Source: a virus. From it: a stretch of DNA of 64,000 nt. How positions within the stretch are numbered: the stretch's first letter is position 1; the number at the start of each line of letters is the position of its first letter. The notes under the pieces were generated by a model. The model was not told where the DNA came from. It made no database searches and saw only the letters and a list, made by a program, of their open reading frames with translations. The position numbers were made by a program, and so were the translations under genes. Location of the stretch: positions 1 through 64,000 of IMG/VR virus record IMGVR_UViG_3300017780_004980; one strand, written 5' to 3'. Shown here one piece after another: positions 16,356 through 25,335 of the stretch.

Positions 16356-17688
16356 TGTACATCTCCATCTCGACCACCTCGGCACCGATGCGCGTGTAGA
16401 ATTCGTCTCGGGTGCGGACGTATCCCTTGAACACCGGGCTGTCGTCGTCGACCAAATCGAAGACAATGGGCTTCTTCTTGTCCGGATACTCCCGCAGGAT
16501 ACGGCCGACGATCTGCTCGATGTTGGCCAGTGGGGCCGCAAGGATGCAGGTGTCGATCCAGGGCGCGTCGGTGCCCTCGCCCATCTTGCCCGGCGTCGCC
16601 AGGATGATCTCGCAACCCAAAGCGTGGTCGAGAGCCGGGCCGCTCATGGCGCCGTAGTAGTGGCCGATCTTCGAGCGGGGGACGCCCGAGGCCACCAGCA
16701 TACGCTCCAGGAATTCCAGGTGCTCGATGGTGCTGGAGAAGATCACCAGCCTCCGGCCGCGCTCGAAGGTCTTGAGCGACAGGTACGTGATCAACTGGTT
16801 TCGGACCGGGTCCTTGAACAGCATGTTGACGACGTGCCCGGCCCGCCCGGGGCTGTGCGGGATACGCTTGAAGCCGTCAGCGGTCTTCTGCCGGGGGCAG
16901 GTCCAGCCCGTCTTGTAGCGCATCACCTTCGGCTTCATCGGGACCTGGGCCGCCTTGACCCGGACGCGACCGATGTGGGCGTTGAAGACCACCTCCTTGC
17001 CGTCCACCCGCTTCGGGGTCGCCGACAGGCCGAGACGCAGCTTGGAGGGGAACATGGCCGCAGCCCGGCTGAAGGTGTCCGCACCCAGCCTGTGGCACTC
17101 GTCGAAGACCACCATGCCGAACAGGGTGCGGATCGCCGGCGGATACCGGCCAGGGATGGTCAGGGACTTGATCGAGGCGACGACCACCTTCTTGCCGTAG
17201 ACCTGGCACTTGTCTTGCTGGATCAAGCCGATATCGGACGCCTTGAGGTCGGTGAACTGGATCAGCCTTTTGATCCATTGCTTCACCAGATCGTCCTTGG
17301 TGCAGACGATCAGCGTGAAGACCCCGATCTCGTCGATGATCTTCGAGGCGACGACGGTCTTACCGAAGCCGGTGCCGGCCTGGATGATGTGGCTCTCGTC
17401 GTTCCGCAGAAGCTCCAGGCTCTCGTCGACGACGCGCTGCTGCTCCTCGGATCGGGCCACGAACTTGGAGCCCAGCTTCACCGGGTGGCCGTTGACCCGT
17501 TGGTCGTTGGGCCCCTTGGGGCAGGTCATGCGGGGCAGGAAGATGGTCTTCCCGTCCGCCGACACCTCGTACAGGTGCAGGACGTCTCCGAACCGGGAGG
17601 TCGTCGTGTACTTGGCCTTGATGGCGTCGGTACACGGATAGGCGGCCATGGCGCCATACGCCAAAGGGGCTTCGAGCATTTTCATCAT
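16342..17688 (-). CDS. superfamily 2 DNA helicase (UvsW/SSL2-like)
   Basis: GTGFGKT, DECH, GLSATP, QIVGRILR motifs. Confidence 0.93.
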   Translation of the reverse strand: MMKMLEAPLAYGAMAAYPCTDAIKAKYTTTSRFGDVLHLYEVSADGKTIFLPRMTCPKGPNDQRVNGHPVKLGSKFVARSEEQQRVVDESLELLRNDESHIIQAGTGFGKTVVASKIIDEIGVFTLIVCTKDDLVKQWIKRLIQFTDLKASDIGLIQQDKCQVYGKKVVVASIKSLTIPGRYPPAIRTLFGMVVFDECHRLGADTFSRAAAMFPSKLRLGLSATPKRVDGKEVVFNAHIGRVRVKAAQVPMKPKVMRYKTGWTCPRQKTADGFKRIPHSPGRAGHVVNMLFKDPVRNQLITYLSLKTFERGRRLVIFSSTIEHLEFLERMLVASGVPRSKIGHYYGAMSGPALDHALGCEIILATPGKMGEGTDAPWIDTCILAAPLANIEQIVGRILREYPDKKKPIVFDLVDDDSPVFKGYVRTRDEFYTRIGAEVVEMEMYSGAQ

Positions 17689-18194
17689 TGGACGTGCTTC
17701 CAGACCCAACCCTTGACTATACGTTGGATCATAGACCGATCCACGCCGTACTTTTTAGCCAAAATCTTGTACCCCCCGAGGCCGTCCGTGTGATCCTTCC
17801 GAATTGATTTCACGATCTCGGAAGTCAGCTTGGTCGCGTGGTCATCGCCTAGAGAAAACCGGCCTCTTTCCAAGCAGTCAGCGACGTTATCAGCCTGGGT
17901 TCCGCGCAACAGGTGACCCGGGTTTATGCAGCGGGGGTTGTCACAGGTGTGGCGAACCACCTGCCCTTCCTTAATCGGCCCATTGAACGCCCGATAGGAG
18001 GCCCTGTGCGCGTATTGCGTTTTTCCACCCACACTGGTTTTAGCGTAGCCGTTCTTAAAAAGGCCGAGGTTCCAATTCCAGCAACCATTTTCGGCGATTG
18101 TTGAATTCTCAGCCAATCTAATTCTAAGGGCCGCTCTTTTTTCAGCCCGGGTCGACGCCCCGTAAGCCAGGGGCGCTTCAAGCATCTTCATCAT
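17685..18194 (-). CDS. HNH homing endonuclease with C-terminal HTH
   Basis: CWNW..AHRASY..VRHTCDNPRCINPGHL..GTQADN; lower GC than neighbours. Confidence 0.92.
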   Translation of the reverse strand: MMKMLEAPLAYGASTRAEKRAALRIRLAENSTIAENGCWNWNLGLFKNGYAKTSVGGKTQYAHRASYRAFNGPIKEGQVVRHTCDNPRCINPGHLLRGTQADNVADCLERGRFSLGDDHATKLTSEIVKSIRKDHTDGLGGYKILAKKYGVDRSMIQRIVKGWVWKHVQ

Positions 18195-18217
18195 GTTGAG
18201 GCGCCCCCTTCGGCGAC

Positions 18218-18712
18218 CTAGTTGTTGAGCGCCACCAGCATCGTGTAGCGCAGGACCGGGGTGTCTTCGTTGGACAAGGCGAAGATCGAGACCTTGATCG
18301 GTCCGACGATCACCATGTGGAGCAGCGTGTGCGGGCTGATCCCTTTCTTCACCGCCCCGTCCAGCACGGCCAGATAGGCGTCCTGACTGGCCCGGTCGCC
18401 GTCCTTGGCGAGCTCGAACAGGTCCAGGGCCATGCTGTCGGCGTACCAGGCGCCGGCCTCCTTCATTTCGGACAGCAGACCATGGGTGGCCTGAATGTCC
18501 GTGGAGACCTCGGCCTGCCTTTCCGGCCAGGTTTCAGCCGTGCCGAAGGTGACCTTGTAGTCGAACTTCCAGGTGTCCGCCGCCTGGTTCATGGCGGAGA
18601 TCAGCTCGACGACGGCCTCGGGGGTGAGCGCCCATTCCTCGGCGACACGCTTGTCCATCGGGAAAGACAGGAGGCGCCGGTTGACGCCTCCCAGATCGGT
18701 TTCCTCCATCAA
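18218..18712 (-). CDS. hypothetical protein
   Basis: 164 aa, coupled to the SSB gene. Confidence 0.75.
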   Translation of the reverse strand: MMEETDLGGVNRRLLSFPMDKRVAEEWALTPEAVVELISAMNQAADTWKFDYKVTFGTAETWPERQAEVSTDIQATHGLLSEMKEAGAWYADSMALDLFELAKDGDRASQDAYLAVLDGAVKKGISPHTLLHMVIVGPIKVSIFALSNEDTPVLRYTMLVALNN

Positions 18713-19590
18713 AAATCAATTTCGCTTTCGAGCGCCGCGCCGCCGGTGCCAGCCATGCTGGAGCCGATGGTCTTGCCCGACGCCTTCACCCCGAGAGCGA
18801 GGAGCTCCGCCCGGTTGTAGTAGGTCAGCTCCTTCTCCATCTCGGCCGGGACCGCGAGGTCCTCGTAGGTGGCCTTCAGCTTCGAGAGCGGGGTCTTCTC
18901 GACGAAGATGAAGCTGTCACCGACCGACGGCGACTTCTCGCCCCCACGGCTGACTTCGAACGTGCAGCCGGCCAGGCCGCCCTGCTTCGCCGCGTGCTTC
19001 TGAAGCAGGTTCAGGGTCGACCGCTTGAAGGCGAACAGCTTCTTCGACTGCTGGATCACCTGACCCGCCTTGTCGCCGTTCTTGATCGTGTACGGCGTGT
19101 GGTCGATGATCGTCAGGGCGCACATGAGCGTGGCCTCGTCTCCGCCCTCGCAGAGCGGGCAGGGCTCGTCCTGGGCAATGCAGACGAAGTTGCGGCGCTT
19201 GCCGGCGACGAAGATGTAGCCGTGCTCCTTCCACATCGGGACGTCCAGGCAGCCCTCGGCGTCGAGGTGTCCGTCCAGGAACGTGATCTTGTAGTCCTTG
19301 CCGCAGTTATCGGCGCCGATGAAGAACCGCCAGAGCTGGTCACGCTCGGCCTTCTTCGCCTCGGCTTGCACCTCGGCCTCTTGCAGCGCGGCCTTCGCAG
19401 CGGCGCCCTTCTTCAGGAAGCTCATTCCCGTTTTCGCTTTCGTGTCGGAGGTGTCAGGGGCACTGGTCGCCTTGGAGGCCGTGGTCTTGGTGGCGACGGA
19501 GGCTTCCTCGGAAGCCGTGTTCTTGGCGGCGGTCTCGCTGGCCAAGGTCGTGAAGGTGGGCTTCTTGGCGCCCGAAAGGTTCAGAGGCAT
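18709..19590 (-). CDS. single-stranded DNA-binding protein (gp32-like)
   Basis: H..C..CPLC zinc site, OB-like strands, acidic tail ending ESEIDF, replication context. Confidence 0.75.
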   Translation of the reverse strand: MPLNLSGAKKPTFTTLASETAAKNTASEEASVATKTTASKATSAPDTSDTKAKTGMSFLKKGAAAKAALQEAEVQAEAKKAERDQLWRFFIGADNCGKDYKITFLDGHLDAEGCLDVPMWKEHGYIFVAGKRRNFVCIAQDEPCPLCEGGDEATLMCALTIIDHTPYTIKNGDKAGQVIQQSKKLFAFKRSTLNLLQKHAAKQGGLAGCTFEVSRGGEKSPSVGDSFIFVEKTPLSKLKATYEDLAVPAEMEKELTYYNRAELLALGVKASGKTIGSSMAGTGGAALESEIDF

Positions 19591-19658
19591 GTTCGTCTCT
19601 CTAGGATGACGGGTTAGTGTCCGTTAGGGACCCCGGCATTAGGCATGGAGCCTAGACC

Positions 19659-20657
19659 CTAGTCAACTAGCCACTTGTCGAGCGTGACGTATTTTTGGAG
19701 AAGCTCGGCCATCTCTTCAACGGTCAGGGCGCCGCCGTCCCGGGGCTGACCTTCCTCGTCCAGATGGTCGTCGAGATGCAGGTGTCGGACCAGGGCGAAA
19801 GGCGAGGCCTTCTTGAAGTATTCCGTGGTCTTTTGCCGGGCGATGTTGCCTGCCTTGTCCGGGTCGAACATCGTGATCAGCTCGCCGGCCTCCAGCAACC
19901 GGGACAGTTTCTCCTCGGTCAGCGAGGCCGACAACGGCGAGACCACATTCCGGTAGACCTGGTAAGCGCGGGCGTAGTCGAACACGCTTTCGGCCATGAC
20001 CACCGGCTTGTCCCAGTCGATCTTGTCCTCTCCGAGCCAGACCTCCCAGTTGACGTGGCCGTGGTACGGGTAGGCCAGGTACTTGGGCTCGTCGTACGGC
20101 TTGATCGCCCGCCCGTGGAAGCCCGCCAGGACCTTCTTGCCGTCCCGCAGGGGGAAGCATACGCGCTGCCTGTGAGGGTCCCACCGCAGGTCTAGGGCGG
20201 CGCTGACGAGCGGGGGGACGGGCCCGCCCTTGCGGCTCTTGAGGTAGTGCAGGGCGTGACCGGAATTGAACACCGTCGGGAAGGACGCCAGCCAGTCTTC
20301 CGAGAATGGCTTGAACTCCCGGGCCTCCTCCTCGTCCTGTTTTGCAAGCAATTGCAATGGGACGTCACCGATCTCCGCCTCGGACAGGGCCAGCATGGCG
20401 CCGTAGTCCGCCGGCAGCTTGAGGTACTTCATCTCGTAGACCAGCTGCACAAGGTCCCCGTTCCAGCTGCACGAGTTGCAGTGCATTTTCGAGGTCTTGC
20501 CGGGGCTGATCTTGATGCCGAACGACGGGGTCCGGTCGGTGCCGTTCTGGTGCCGGACCTCCGCCAGGGGGCAGGTCAGGTTCCACCATTTCTTGGTCTT
20601 CGTGGACAGCTTGGCGTCGAGGATTTCCGCCAGCTGCTTGATGGCTTCCTTGTCCAC
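19659..20657 (-). CDS. dnaG: DNA primase (zinc finger + TOPRIM)
   Basis: CP...H..D.TPSF...CNSC; GRAI, ESVFDY, FDPDKAG. Confidence 0.88.
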   Translation of the reverse strand: MDKEAIKQLAEILDAKLSTKTKKWWNLTCPLAEVRHQNGTDRTPSFGIKISPGKTSKMHCNSCSWNGDLVQLVYEMKYLKLPADYGAMLALSEAEIGDVPLQLLAKQDEEEAREFKPFSEDWLASFPTVFNSGHALHYLKSRKGGPVPPLVSAALDLRWDPHRQRVCFPLRDGKKVLAGFHGRAIKPYDEPKYLAYPYHGHVNWEVWLGEDKIDWDKPVVMAESVFDYARAYQVYRNVVSPLSASLTEEKLSRLLEAGELITMFDPDKAGNIARQKTTEYFKKASPFALVRHLHLDDHLDEEGQPRDGGALTVEEMAELLQKYVTLDKWLVD

Positions 20658-21101
20658 CTACGCGGTGTGCTCCGGCTTGGTCGACAGCGGCTGGGTCTTC
20701 GGGGTCCGGTTGCCTCGGTTGACGCCGAAGACCTCCTTCTTCTGGGCCCCGGTCAGCAGGTCGTCGACCTTGGTCACCCCGAAGGTGGCGATCTCCAGGG
20801 CCGTCTCCAGGCCGACGAATTCGATCAGCTTCTCCCGGTTCTCGACGAAGCGGTCGCGGCTGTTGGCGCCGTAGATGACCTCCTGCGTCGTGCCCTGGAA
20901 CGTGACCTCGTGGTCCTGGTCCTCGGCCGTTTCGTTGGCCAGCTTCTGGAACTTGTCCTTCAGCGCCTTCAGCCGGACGACGTTCGGGTTCTTCTTCTGC
21001 TTGGCCTCCCAGGCCAGCAGCTTGGCGAACTCCTCCACCTCGTCGGCGAGCGCCGCCGACTGGGTCGCGTCTTCGGGCTTTTTGGTAAGATTGAGCGGCA
21101 T
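20658..21101 (-). CDS. hypothetical protein
   Basis: 147 aa, AGGAGG RBS, promoter 21129-21156. Confidence 0.85.
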   Translation of the reverse strand: MPLNLTKKPEDATQSAALADEVEEFAKLLAWEAKQKKNPNVVRLKALKDKFQKLANETAEDQDHEVTFQGTTQEVIYGANSRDRFVENREKLIEFVGLETALEIATFGVTKVDDLLTGAQKKEVFGVNRGNRTPKTQPLSTKPEHTA

Positions 21102-21128
21102 GAGATGATCCTCCTGATCTACCCCTAT

Positions 21129-21156
21129 ACGATGACACAGGGGTCGGACAGGTCAA
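21129..21156 (-). promoter_or_regulatory. sigma70-type promoter
   Basis: TTGACC-N16-CATCGT. Confidence 0.7.
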
Positions 21157-21184
21157 TGAAAAAACCGGTCAGAAACGCTTGCGC

Positions 21185-21403
21185 TTAAGACGCCTCGTTC
21201 AGTGCGTCAGCGACCGCGCAAGCTACCTCCTTGGAGAAGAACTTCCAAAGGCGGTTTTTGACCTGAATGCCGTTGAAACCAACGGCGTCGGCGACGAACC
21301 ATACCGGCCATTCCGGGTCACGATCATCAGCCGAGCGGGCGAGATACGGCCCGGGCCCGGTATGGGTGATCGTGAATTCTTCCAATTGGACAGTCGCGCT
21401 CAT
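21185..21403 (-). CDS. hypothetical protein
   Basis: MSATVQLEE start after GGAG. Confidence 0.65.
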   Translation of the reverse strand: MSATVQLEEFTITHTGPGPYLARSADDRDPEWPVWFVADAVGFNGIQVKNRLWKFFSKEVACAVADALNEAS

Positions 21404-21465
21404 AGGCCCCGCTCCATGGCAACAGGGCCAAAGACGCCCATGACGATACAGCTCTGAGGCAGCAC

Positions 21466-21735
21466 TCAGAAACGCTTTCGCTCGAAGCCGTAGGGGTCGA
21501 GCAGGAACCGTTGCTTCTTCAGGTTGGCGACGTACAGGCCGGGGCAAACCCGGACCAGCGGGGTCCACAGGTAGTAGCCCCGGCTGTTCTGCTTTCCGTG
21601 CCTGGCGAAGCGGGTCTCGCTGTCCTCGTGGGTCCAGGTCTGCCACCCGAAGCGGAACATGCCAAGGACCGGGGCCAGGAAGATGCCGATGGCGAGGGTG
21701 CCGAAGATGATCGTGATGACGGCGCTCTGGGTCAT
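21466..21735 (-). CDS. small membrane protein
   Basis: N-terminal TM helix AVITIIFGTLAIGIFLAPVLG. Confidence 0.7.
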   Translation of the reverse strand: MTQSAVITIIFGTLAIGIFLAPVLGMFRFGWQTWTHEDSETRFARHGKQNSRGYYLWTPLVRVCPGLYVANLKKQRFLLDPYGFERKRF

Positions 21736-22112
21736 CCTTCGTCTCCCGACCAGCTGATCTTCTCCAGGAAGTCGACCACCCGTTGCTGGTGCTCCTCGCC
21801 TTCGGCCGAGACGTCCCGGGCAAGGCCCGAAGCGAGCTCACCCAGCAGCCAGTTGATCGAGGCGTTGAGCTCCGGGGTGATCCGGGGGATCGGCTTCTCG
21901 CGGAACGGCACCACCCGGACAGTCGTGCGGGGTCTGGACGGCGCCGAAGCGTAGTCCCGGTTGATCGAGACGATCCGATAAATCTTCGCCTTGCCATGCC
22001 GATCCAGCAGGGTCAGCAGCATGTCCTTGGTCGGCTCGGGACTGTCCACGAGATCGTACAGCCGCTCATCGCGGCCGTTCTCCTCGTACTCGTCGATGTA
22101 GAGCCGGCCCAT
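21732..22112 (-). CDS. hypothetical protein
   Basis: 126 aa, coupled stop/start on both sides. Confidence 0.75.
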   Translation of the reverse strand: MGRLYIDEYEENGRDERLYDLVDSPEPTKDMLLTLLDRHGKAKIYRIVSINRDYASAPSRPRTTVRVVPFREKPIPRITPELNASINWLLGELASGLARDVSAEGEEHQQRVVDFLEKISWSGDEG

Positions 22113-22297
22113 CAGCGGGAAACCATAGCCAGGCCGTTGAGGACCTCGGCGGTGGGTTCGTCCGCCGTGGCCAGGATTTGCGGATACCCTTTCGGGCTGT
22201 CCCCGGCTTCGATGGTAACCCGAAGGACGCCCGCCTTCTCGGGGTGCGGGGCGAATACGACCCGGTAGTTGTTGCTCAAGTCGATAACGGCTTTCAC
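22112..22297 (-). CDS. hypothetical protein
   Basis: 61 aa, AGGAGG RBS, promoter 22334-22361. Confidence 0.75.
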   Translation of the reverse strand: MKAVIDLSNNYRVVFAPHPEKAGVLRVTIEAGDSPKGYPQILATADEPTAEVLNGLAMVSR

Positions 22298-22333
22298 CCG
22301 ATCCTCCTGATCTGTTGGGGGTGTTGAGCCTCT

Positions 22334-22361
22334 ACGGTACCTCTGAGCCCAACGGGGTCAA
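22334..22361 (-). promoter_or_regulatory. sigma70-type promoter
   Basis: TTGACC-N16-TACCGT. Confidence 0.75.
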
Positions 22362-22374
22362 GAGGTATGCCGTC

Positions 22375-22572
22375 CTACTCGTTTTCGGGCGGGGCCGGCG
22401 GCGTGGTCTTCCGTTCCAGGGCCACGTCGAGGTGCTTCTCGATGACGTCGCCGGGGTGGGCGCTATCCGCCAGGATCAGAGCGCGGCCTTCGATCCGCAC
22501 AACCGACTGGGTCGGGGAGCAGAACTGCTGGGCGAAGTCGATCATTTCTTTGGTCATGGGCCCCACCGGCAT
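22375..22572 (-). CDS. small hypothetical protein
   Basis: about 60-65 aa ORF overlapping the upstream stop. Confidence 0.6.
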   Translation of the reverse strand: MPVGPMTKEMIDFAQQFCSPTQSVVRIEGRALILADSAHPGDVIEKHLDVALERKTTPPAPPENE

Positions 22573-22901
22573 CGGCTGCGGCCCGCAAAATCAGGGCCGG
22601 CGTGAATGTAAATCTGGCCGCCGTGATAGAGCAGCGTCCAGCTCTCCGTGGCATAGCCGCCAAAGCTGTTCTTGGCAACGATGGTGACGTTCTGGGCCCA
22701 CCCGTGCCAGCGATCTTTCTGGCCGAAGTAGCGGCCGTAGCAGCTGGCTTCTTTCCAGGGTCCGAAGGTGTACCGGGCGCTGTCCGGGTCCTTCAGGCCG
22801 GCGGCCAGAGACTGGATCGTCGGGCCTTCCGTGACCTGTTGGTCGGGAGCGGGCGGGAGGGTGGCGGTGATGGCCGCCGCCATGAGCAGTCCGAGCATCA
22901 C
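22554..22901 (-). CDS. secreted/periplasmic protein
   Basis: signal-peptide-like N-terminus, LKDPDSARY...AKNSFGGY motif. Confidence 0.75.
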   Translation of the reverse strand: MMLGLLMAAAITATLPPAPDQQVTEGPTIQSLAAGLKDPDSARYTFGPWKEASCYGRYFGQKDRWHGWAQNVTIVAKNSFGGYATESWTLLYHGGQIYIHAGPDFAGRSRCRWGP

Positions 22902-22962
22902 ATCCTCCTGTGGTTTGTGTGATACCCCTTACGTCGTGCTTTGGCCCGTCTGGTCAATGGGC

Positions 22963-23388
22963 CTACTTCTTGGAAATCGCCTGATCGAACGGGAGCTGGT
23001 TATAAACCAGGTTTCTATGCAAGGAGGTTTTTGACAGCCCCAATTCCCGGGCCCAGCCCGCGATGGTCAAAGTCTTCCCTTCGTGCTCGTACCAGCGGAC
23101 ATTTTTCCGATTTTCAGATTGGGTCTGGCGCGTCGCCCAGCGGCAATTTCCAGGCTCATACCCCTTTGCCCCGTCTATACGATCTAGGGTCATGCCTTCA
23201 GGGCGTTCACCCATATCCGCGTAGAATGCTCTAAAATCCACCCAAGCGGGGTGTATCGGGACGCCGGCATACACCGGGTCTTTTCCGTGTCTACAACGCT
23301 CAAGCATAGACGCCCAAGTGGCGTAGGTCCGGGTCCCAAACATACCGTGTTTCAGGTTAGGGCTAGGACGACCTTTAGGATACGCCAT
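22963..23388 (-). CDS. HNH homing endonuclease
   Basis: HG..TRTY.TW.SM..RC; TLDRID..KGYEPGNCRWAT..Q; lower GC. Confidence 0.9.
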   Translation of the reverse strand: MAYPKGRPSPNLKHGMFGTRTYATWASMLERCRHGKDPVYAGVPIHPAWVDFRAFYADMGERPEGMTLDRIDGAKGYEPGNCRWATRQTQSENRKNVRWYEHEGKTLTIAGWARELGLSKTSLHRNLVYNQLPFDQAISKK

Positions 23389-24668
23389 CAGTAGATGACT
23401 TCGCTCTGGAGATCGCCGCCGTTTTCGACATCAACCGTGTACTCGTCAAACACCATCCGCACAAAATCCCAGGAGACGTTGAACTCCCCGATCTCGCCGG
23501 ACCGGCCCTTCAGGATGTTGACCCGCCGACGCTTGATCATCTCGGCGTTGCTGTCGTCGTCGTTCTGGAACAGACCCATAACGATGCTGCTGGCCTGCCC
23601 GATGACGTCCGAGTAGCCGATGTGGGCGAGGGTCGGGACCTGGCCCGGCTTCAGCTTGTCGGCCTCCCGCGCGAACTGCCACGAGCAGATCGTCGGCACC
23701 TTCAGGCGCGTGGCCACGGTCTGCTTCAGCAGGTTCACGTTGACCGAGACCTTCTTGAACATCTCGGTCTCCTTCGGGTGGCCGAGCATGTAGGCGCCGT
23801 CGATGTACAGGGCCGAGGGGCCGTACTGCTGGCAGAGGGAATAGACGTCCTCCACCGTGGCGGTCAGGTTGCCGTCGACCACATAGAACGGGGCCTTGGC
23901 GTTCTCCGCCTGCATCAGGGCCTTCTTGACCGCCTGCTTCCCGCCCTGGCCGAACAGGTTCGGGGCATACCCGTCCTTGAAGAAGTCCATGGCGGTCTTC
24001 GTGTACAGGGCGGCCAGCCGCTCCATGATGTTCTCGCGCATCATCTCCATGGAGACGAAGATCACCGGCCGGTCGGTCGTCACCCAGGTATGCAGGGCGG
24101 CGGAGAGCATGAGCCAGGTCTTGCCGAGGCCCGGGCGACCGACGATGGAGACCAAGTCCCCGGCGCGGAGCCCCTTCGACTGCTTCTGGAGGGTCTGCCA
24201 CTGCCAGGGCACCGTCTGGACGCCGTCCGACCAGTGCTGGACGAAGATCGGCCAGTATTCGGCCGCGACCCGGCGGAAGTCCGACACCTGCGGCATCATT
24301 TCCGTGGCGGAGATCGCTTGCAGGCCCAGGGTCATGGTCTCGAACGCCTTCTTCGGGTCGTCCTTGATCAGCTCGTTCGCCTTCTCGGCGGTCAGCTTCA
24401 TCGCCCGGGTCATGTACCGGTCGAACAGGTCCTTGTGCAGGGCGCCGGCGGCGACCTCCTCCGACCCGAGCTCGACCGAGAGCTTCTCCTTGATCCAGGT
24501 CGTCGGCGGAAGCTGGCTGTAGGTCCGGACGTAGTCATCGACGAACTGGAACAGCGGCTTGGACAGCGGGTCCGCGTCGAACAGGGCGCCCATCTGCCCG
24601 TACTTGAGGTATTCGGTGACGTCCCCAGTCTGGATGACGGACGTCAGAAATCTGGACCCTAGCGACAT
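23388..24668 (-). CDS. dnaB: DnaB-like replicative helicase
   Basis: GRPGLGKT, FVSMEM, IDGAY, SWQFAR, KGRSGE motifs. Confidence 0.92.
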   Translation of the reverse strand: MSLGSRFLTSVIQTGDVTEYLKYGQMGALFDADPLSKPLFQFVDDYVRTYSQLPPTTWIKEKLSVELGSEEVAAGALHKDLFDRYMTRAMKLTAEKANELIKDDPKKAFETMTLGLQAISATEMMPQVSDFRRVAAEYWPIFVQHWSDGVQTVPWQWQTLQKQSKGLRAGDLVSIVGRPGLGKTWLMLSAALHTWVTTDRPVIFVSMEMMRENIMERLAALYTKTAMDFFKDGYAPNLFGQGGKQAVKKALMQAENAKAPFYVVDGNLTATVEDVYSLCQQYGPSALYIDGAYMLGHPKETEMFKKVSVNVNLLKQTVATRLKVPTICSWQFAREADKLKPGQVPTLAHIGYSDVIGQASSIVMGLFQNDDDSNAEMIKRRRVNILKGRSGEIGEFNVSWDFVRMVFDEYTVDVENGGDLQSEVIY

Positions 24669-24686
24669 ACTCCCCCGTGACCTTTC

Positions 24687-25331
24687 TTAGACCGGCTTCA
24701 GGTCGCCCTGGCAGGCGAAGCTGGTGCGGAACAACTCGAAGACGCTCGGCATGACCGAAGCGAGCGTTTGGGCCGGCGACCGAACATGGACGACGGTAGG
24801 GGCGCCGCGCTGGGCGCGGTCCATCAGCAGGCGGGGCAGCACGTCAAGCTGGGCCCGCTGCGTCTTGCTGTAGAACTTGCTGTCCTGATGCAGGGCCCAC
24901 TCCTCGGGGAGCAGGAAGTCCCGCACCAGCAGGACCGAGGCTTCGACCTCCTCGCCCGCCTGAATGTACTCGACGATTTCGGCCGGCGACATCAGCCGGG
25001 CGTCGACGAAGTTGCGGACCATCTTGGCGGTCAGCTCCCGCATCTTGGTCGCGGTCTTCGCCGCCTCGTCAGCCGCCTGTATCGGGTTCTTGTTGGTCGA
25101 GGGGCCATAGGCGATCCCGAGCTTGCTGGCGGTCCAGGGTGTGCCGAACTTGCGGTGGACGACGACGTCCTTGATGAACGCCTCTTCGCCCGGCGCCAGC
25201 AGCGTGGGCTCGTTCCAGATCAGGTTCTCGTAGGCGGGGCCTAGCCCCGACCTCCGGGCGACGGCGTGGACGTTCTGGACCAGCCGGTCGTGAACCTCTG
25301 GCCGCAACACGCCGGTGGCGAAGGGGTCCAT
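24687..25331 (-). CDS. putative helicase loader (degenerate DnaC/IstB-like)
   Basis: lies between initiator and DnaB; VLLVRDF and LLMDRAQRGAPTVV resemble the DnaC C-terminal half; no Walker A. Confidence 0.5.
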   Translation of the reverse strand: MDPFATGVLRPEVHDRLVQNVHAVARRSGLGPAYENLIWNEPTLLAPGEEAFIKDVVVHRKFGTPWTASKLGIAYGPSTNKNPIQAADEAAKTATKMRELTAKMVRNFVDARLMSPAEIVEYIQAGEEVEASVLLVRDFLLPEEWALHQDSKFYSKTQRAQLDVLPRLLMDRAQRGAPTVVHVRSPAQTLASVMPSVFELFRTSFACQGDLKPV

Positions 25332-25335
25332 GGTC

